Shown here: piece by piece, positions 56,003 to 64,000 of the stretch
How positions within the stretch are numbered: the first letter of the stretch is position 1
Layout: every line of letters begins with the position of its first letter
Assembly (NCBI RefSeq): GCF_009914755.1
Contig: NC_060927.1
Length of the DNA: 64,000 bases
Source: the human T2T-CHM13v2.0 reference genome, Homo sapiens
Strand: one strand, 5' to 3'
Position numbers and translations under genes: made by a program
The notes under the pieces: model-generated
Seen by the model: only the letters and a program-made list of their open reading frames with translations
Told to the model about the DNA's origin: nothing
The model's database searches: none

Positions 56003-57020
56003 ATGGGGAAAAAACAAGAGCAAAAAAACTGGAAACTCTAAAAAGCAGAGCGCCTCTCCTCCTCCAAAGGAACGCAGCTCCTCACCAGCAATGGAACAAA
56101 GCTGGACAGAGATGACTTTGACAAGTTGAGAGAAGAAGTCTTCATATGATCCAACTACTCCGAGCTACAGGAGGAAATTCAAACCAAAGGCAAAGAAGTT
56201 GAAAACTTTGAAAAAAATTTAGACAAATGTATAACTAGAATAACCAATACAGAGAAGTGCTTAAAGGAGCTGATGGAGTTCAAAGCCAAGGCTCGAGAAC
56301 TACGTGAAGAATGCAGAGGCCTCAGGAGCCAATGTGATCAACTGGAAGAAAGGGTGTCAGTGATGGAAGATGAAATGAATGAAATGAAGTGAGAAGGGAA
56401 GTTTAGAGAAAGAAGAATAAAAAGAAATGAACAAAGCCTCCAAGAAATATGGGACTATGTGAAAAGACCAAATCTGCGTGTTTGGTGTACCTGAAGGTGA
56501 CGGGGAGAATGGAACCAAGTTGGAAAACACTCTGCATGATATTATCCAGGAGAACTTCCACAATCTAGCAAGGCAGGCCAACATTCAGATTCAGGAAATA
56601 CAGAGAACGCCACAAAGATACTCCTCAAGAAGAGCAACTCCAAGACACATAATTGTCAGATTCACCAAAGTTGAAATGAAGGAAAAAATGTTAAGGGCAG
56701 CCAGACAGAAAGGTCGGGTTACCCACAAAGGGAAGCCCATCAGACTAACAGCTGATCTCTCGGCAGAAATACTACAAGCCAGAAGAGAGTGGGGGCCAAT
56801 ATTCAACATTCTTAAAGAAAAGAATTTTCAACCCAGAATTTCATATCCAGCCAAACAAACTAAGCTTCATAAGTGAAGGAGAAATAAAATCCTTTAGAGA
56901 CAAGCAAATGCTGAGAGATTTTGTCACCACCAGGCTGCCCTAAAAGAGCTCCTGAAGGAAGCACTGAACATGGAAAGGAACAACCGGTACCAGCCGCTGC
57001 AAAATCATGCCAAAATGTAA
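56003..57020 (+). pseudogene. L1 ORF1p remnant (frameshifts and a stop)
   Basis: ATG at 56003, TAA at 57018-57020; early 1-nt insertion, CGA>TGA at ~56390, 2-nt deletion at ~56480 and AAAC duplication at 56853-56860. Confidence 0.93.
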
Positions 57021-57068
57021 AGACCATCGAAACTAGGAAGAAATTGCATCAACTAACAAGCAAAATAA

Positions 57069-60251
<3,183 letters not shown>

Positions 60252-60653
60252 ACAATGAGAACACATGGACGCAGGAAGGGGAACATCACACTCTGGGGAC
60301 TGTTGTGGGGTGGGGGGAGGGGGGAGGGATAGCCTTAGGAGATATACCTAATGCTAAATGATGAGTTAATGGGTGCAGCACACCAGCATGGCACATGTAT
60401 ACATATGTAACTAACCTGCACATTGTGCTCATGTACCCTAAAACTTAAAGTATAATAATAATAAAAAACAAAACAAAACATTACATTTGCATCATTAATG
60501 AAAATATTAACATAGTGAAAAAGAAAAAGAGCAACTTAGTATTACAGTAATATAGTTTCGACCTTGCAGACTCCCTGGAAGGATCTCAGGGATCACCAGG
60601 AGTCTGTGAAGCACCCTTTGAGCATTGTGGTTCTAGATTCAAAATGTGGCCTT

Positions 60654-60934
60654 GGCTGAGCACGGTGGCTCATGCCTGTAATCCCAGCACTTCAGGAGGC
60701 CAAGGCAGGCGGATCACCTGAGGTCAGGAGTTCGAGACCAACATTGCAAAACCCTGTCTTTACTAAAAATACAAACAAATTAGCCAGGTGTGGTGGTGCA
60801 TGCCTGTAATCCCAGCTACTCGGGAGGCTGAGGCAGGAGAATCACTTGAACCCAGGAGGCAGAGTTTGCAGTTTAGCTGAGATCACACCGCTACACTCCA
60901 GCCTGGGCAACAGAGTAAGACTGTCTCAATAAAA
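60654..60934 (+). mobile_element. AluSx-like followed by (CA)n (60938-60964)
   Basis: Alu dimer with a small deletion after GAGACC. Confidence 0.92.
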
Positions 60935-60984
60935 CTTACACACACACACTCACACACACACACATGCAAAAAACCCTTAATTTA

Positions 60985-61623
60985 AAACACAAACACATCG
61001 TACAGCTGCACAAAAATATTTTCTTTCTTTATATCCTTTTTCTATAAGCTTTTTTATATTTTTAAATATTTGTATTATTTTTTTAAACTTTTTTTTGTTA
61101 AAAACTAAGAAAAACACAAACATTAGGTTAAGCCTACACCCGGATGGTATCATCAATATCACTGCCTCCCACCTCCACATCTCATCCAACTGGCAGGTCT
61201 TCAGGGGCAGTAACAGGCATGAAGTTCTTACCTCCAATGAAAACAATGCCTTCTTCTGAATACCTCCTGGAGTTCTTGCCTGAGACTGTTTTATAGTTAA
61301 CTGTTCTTTAATAAGTAGAAGTACATGCTAAAATAATGATAAAAAGCACAGTAGATAGTTCATAAACCAGTAACAGTCATTTGTTACCATTATCAAGTAT
61401 TATGTACTGTACGTAATTGTATGTGCTATACAGCTGGCAGCACAGTAGATTTGTTTACACCAGCATCACCACAAGCACGTGAGTAATTCGTGACGCTATG
61501 ATATTAGCACACTACAATGTCACTAGGCAATAGGAACTTTTTAGCTCCATTATAATCTTAAGGGACCACCCTCATATCTGCAGTCTGTCATTGACCAGAC
61601 CATTGTTAAGTGGCACATGACTG
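60985..61623 (-). mobile_element. Tigger3-family fragment
   Basis: Terminus CAGTCATGTGCCACTTAACAATGG...AAGATTATAATGGAGCT on the minus strand with flanking TA. Confidence 0.8.
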
Positions 61624-62150
61624 TATATACAATGGAATACTATTCAGCATTTAGAAAGAAGGAAATCTTGCCATCTGCAACACGAATGAACCTGGGGAAT
61701 GTTATGCTAAGTTAAATAAGCCAAACATAGAAAGACAAATACTGCATGATCTCACTTATATGTAGAATCTAAAAAAGTTGAATTCATAGAAGCAGGTAGT
61801 AGAACGTTGGTTGCCAGGGGCTGTGGTGTGGGAGAGGAAAAAAATGGGGAGGTGTTGGTCAAAGGGTACAAAGTTTGAGTAAAGCAAGATAAGTAAGTTT
61901 TGGAGATCTATTATACAGCATAATAACTATAGTTAATAATAATTTATACTTGAAAATTGGTAAGAGGTTAGATCTTAAATTGCTAAGAGAGTAGCATTTA
62001 AGATCTACTCTCACCACAAAAATTTATGAGATGATGGATATGTTAATTAGCTTGATTTCATCATTTAGCAATGTATACATATATCAAAACATCACTTTTT
62101 ACCCTGTAAATATACACAAGTTTTATTTGTCAACTATACCTTAATAAAGG
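61624..62150 (+). mobile_element. L1MA (approx. MA8/9) 3' end
   Basis: ATGGAATACTATTCAGC...GACAAATACTGCATGATCTCAC...AATAAA. Confidence 0.8.
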
Positions 62151-64000
62151 TGGGGTGAAAATGCATATTCCTGAAACCCATCATGGGCCTACTCAAACAG
62201 AGTATCTGAGGAGGAGGCAGGGCTACCCGAGCAGCAGCGCAGGTTGTACACTGCACACCTTGCACAAAGGTATACAGTTAGCGAAGATTTGAGCTTGAAG
62301 TTTGCCTTTTAAAGAAATTGCATATGTGAATCTTGGTTATAGTAGAACTTTAAGTGTTCTAGAGCAGTTGTTCTTCAACTTTATGTGCATCAGAATTACC
62401 TGTCTTGGGGTTGAAAACACAAATTTCTTTGTGCCATGCTTGAACTACCTAATTAGAAACCTGAGCATCTGTATTTTCAAGGAACTACTTAGCCAACTCT
62501 GCCACCTACCAAAATGTGACAGCCATTTTTCTAGACTAAAAATGGTATAGCTGTCTACAAGAAATCAGCTCAACAAAAGCTGAAGACAACACACACACGG
62601 CTTAGGATACTCAGGCATCATTTGGACAGAGTCTATTCAACAGCTATAAATTTGTTGTTTAAAATAGCCAATGTTTTTTAAAATGCAACTTTCCATAGTT
62701 TTCTGTTGTTATATTTGTTTTCATTCTGTCAGTATGGTATTGGATCTCAACCTTGTATGTTATTTCACCAACATCTTGAAATTTATTTAGCCATATTTTC
62801 ATGGTTTTATATGAATGCTTACTAAACATAGTCTGATTTTTTAAAAGGTTTTATCTTATGCAAGATTCTTCAAGAGAAAAGACAAACTTAGTTTACTGTC
62901 AAATTACCAAACTGACTCAGATTTTTAAAAACCATTCGAAGTTTCATGTTATGCACTTAACATAAAAAAATGACTCAATGTAAATGTCATGTCTCGTAAT
63001 GATCCTATTCCTGGGATCTTTCACATGAAACAGAGTGGGCAGGAACATTCTATGGCTGCCAAAATGGAATTAAACACATGGAAACAAAGAAACAAAAGCA
63101 CAACTCACCCCTTCCAGACAACAGGAAAACATGTAGATAAATCAGTGATTTTCCTTCCAGCTAACCAATGAAGTAGAGACATGTATTTTAACAATTGTAA
63201 GGGCACTGGGCTTAAGGAAAGGCAAAGTAAAAACTAGGTTATAATGTTGTTCTAGATGCGAAAATGCCAAATCTGCCAGTCACTCATGAAAAGAACACAG
63301 CCCCAGGCAACTGATATTGATACATTCAAAGATTATAGTTATGTATGATTACAGAATAGCATTTCATAAACTCTATCAGACAGAACAACTCTTTAATGGA
63401 ATGTTAAGAGTTGGGAGAGAGAGAAAAGTTGGTCATTCTAAGGTCCAATTAATTTGAAAACTCATGAGTTATATAGAATTAAACAAATTTTTTTGACTGT
63501 GGAACTTCTCAGAGCCCTTCTGTACTAATGTGCATTACACCTCTCCAAGAAGAAAAAAGCATGCAGCATTTTTCAAACTTTTGATACTTTGATGCTTTTT
63601 TATTTAGCTTCTGACTGGGCTAGAGTTCTCTGGGACACACCCAGGGAAATATTGATACAGACAGGTCAAACAATTAAGGCAAATGCTCAGGCATATACCT
63701 GAACTGTGGTAGAACAATCTAGATGCCACAGAAATGGTGAAGGCATGCCCAACAGCCAGCCCCACTGTATCAAGTCCCTTAGCCTCTCTCCATTGGCCTT
63801 AGCTCTGAAAGAAAGATGATGCTTATTAGTAAAGTGCCTTGGGATGGTTGGGCAAGAAACACTAAATAAGAACAAATTATTACCCTCATTACAGGGTAGA
63901 TGATCTAATAAACCATCTCTATTACTTACAAAGTTTGGAGGCCTGCTATTTTTTTCCTTTTAACTACACTCCAATTGGACCTTAAAAATCTATGCTAAAA

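Noticed and set aside
60295-60330. G-quadruplex-forming G tract
   Set aside because: Standard polypurine tract of the L1PA 3'UTR; not specific to this locus.

Overview
Human (hominoid) non-coding genomic DNA, about two-thirds interspersed repeats. I see no convincing host protein-coding exon, RNA gene or CRISPR-like array, and no evidence of an undescribed multi-gene system. Repeat family calls come from recalled consensus sequences, not a database search, so subfamily names and old-element boundaries are approximate. The main features are: (1) a full-length PPIA (cyclophilin A) retrocopy on the minus strand with a 16-bp TSD and an uninterrupted 164-codon ORF carrying H126Q; (2) a 5'-intact but inactivated L1PA3-type LINE-1 with an in-frame ~0.67-kb ORF2 deletion, inserted in a Charlie1a transposon; (3) a 112-bp L1 3'-end insertion with human-specific (pre-Ta L1HS-like) diagnostic bases; (4) solo LTRs (LTR7/HERV-H, LTR8A, THE1, MER34, MLT1); (5) a near-full-length Tigger1, a MADE1 hairpin, about 12 Alus and many old L1M fragments with nested insertions. 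The best leads are the intact-ORF CypA retrocopy, the possibly polymorphic L1HS micro-insertion, the LTR7 resembling the pluripotency-active type, and a CpG-retaining, homeodomain-motif-rich unique segment at the window start.
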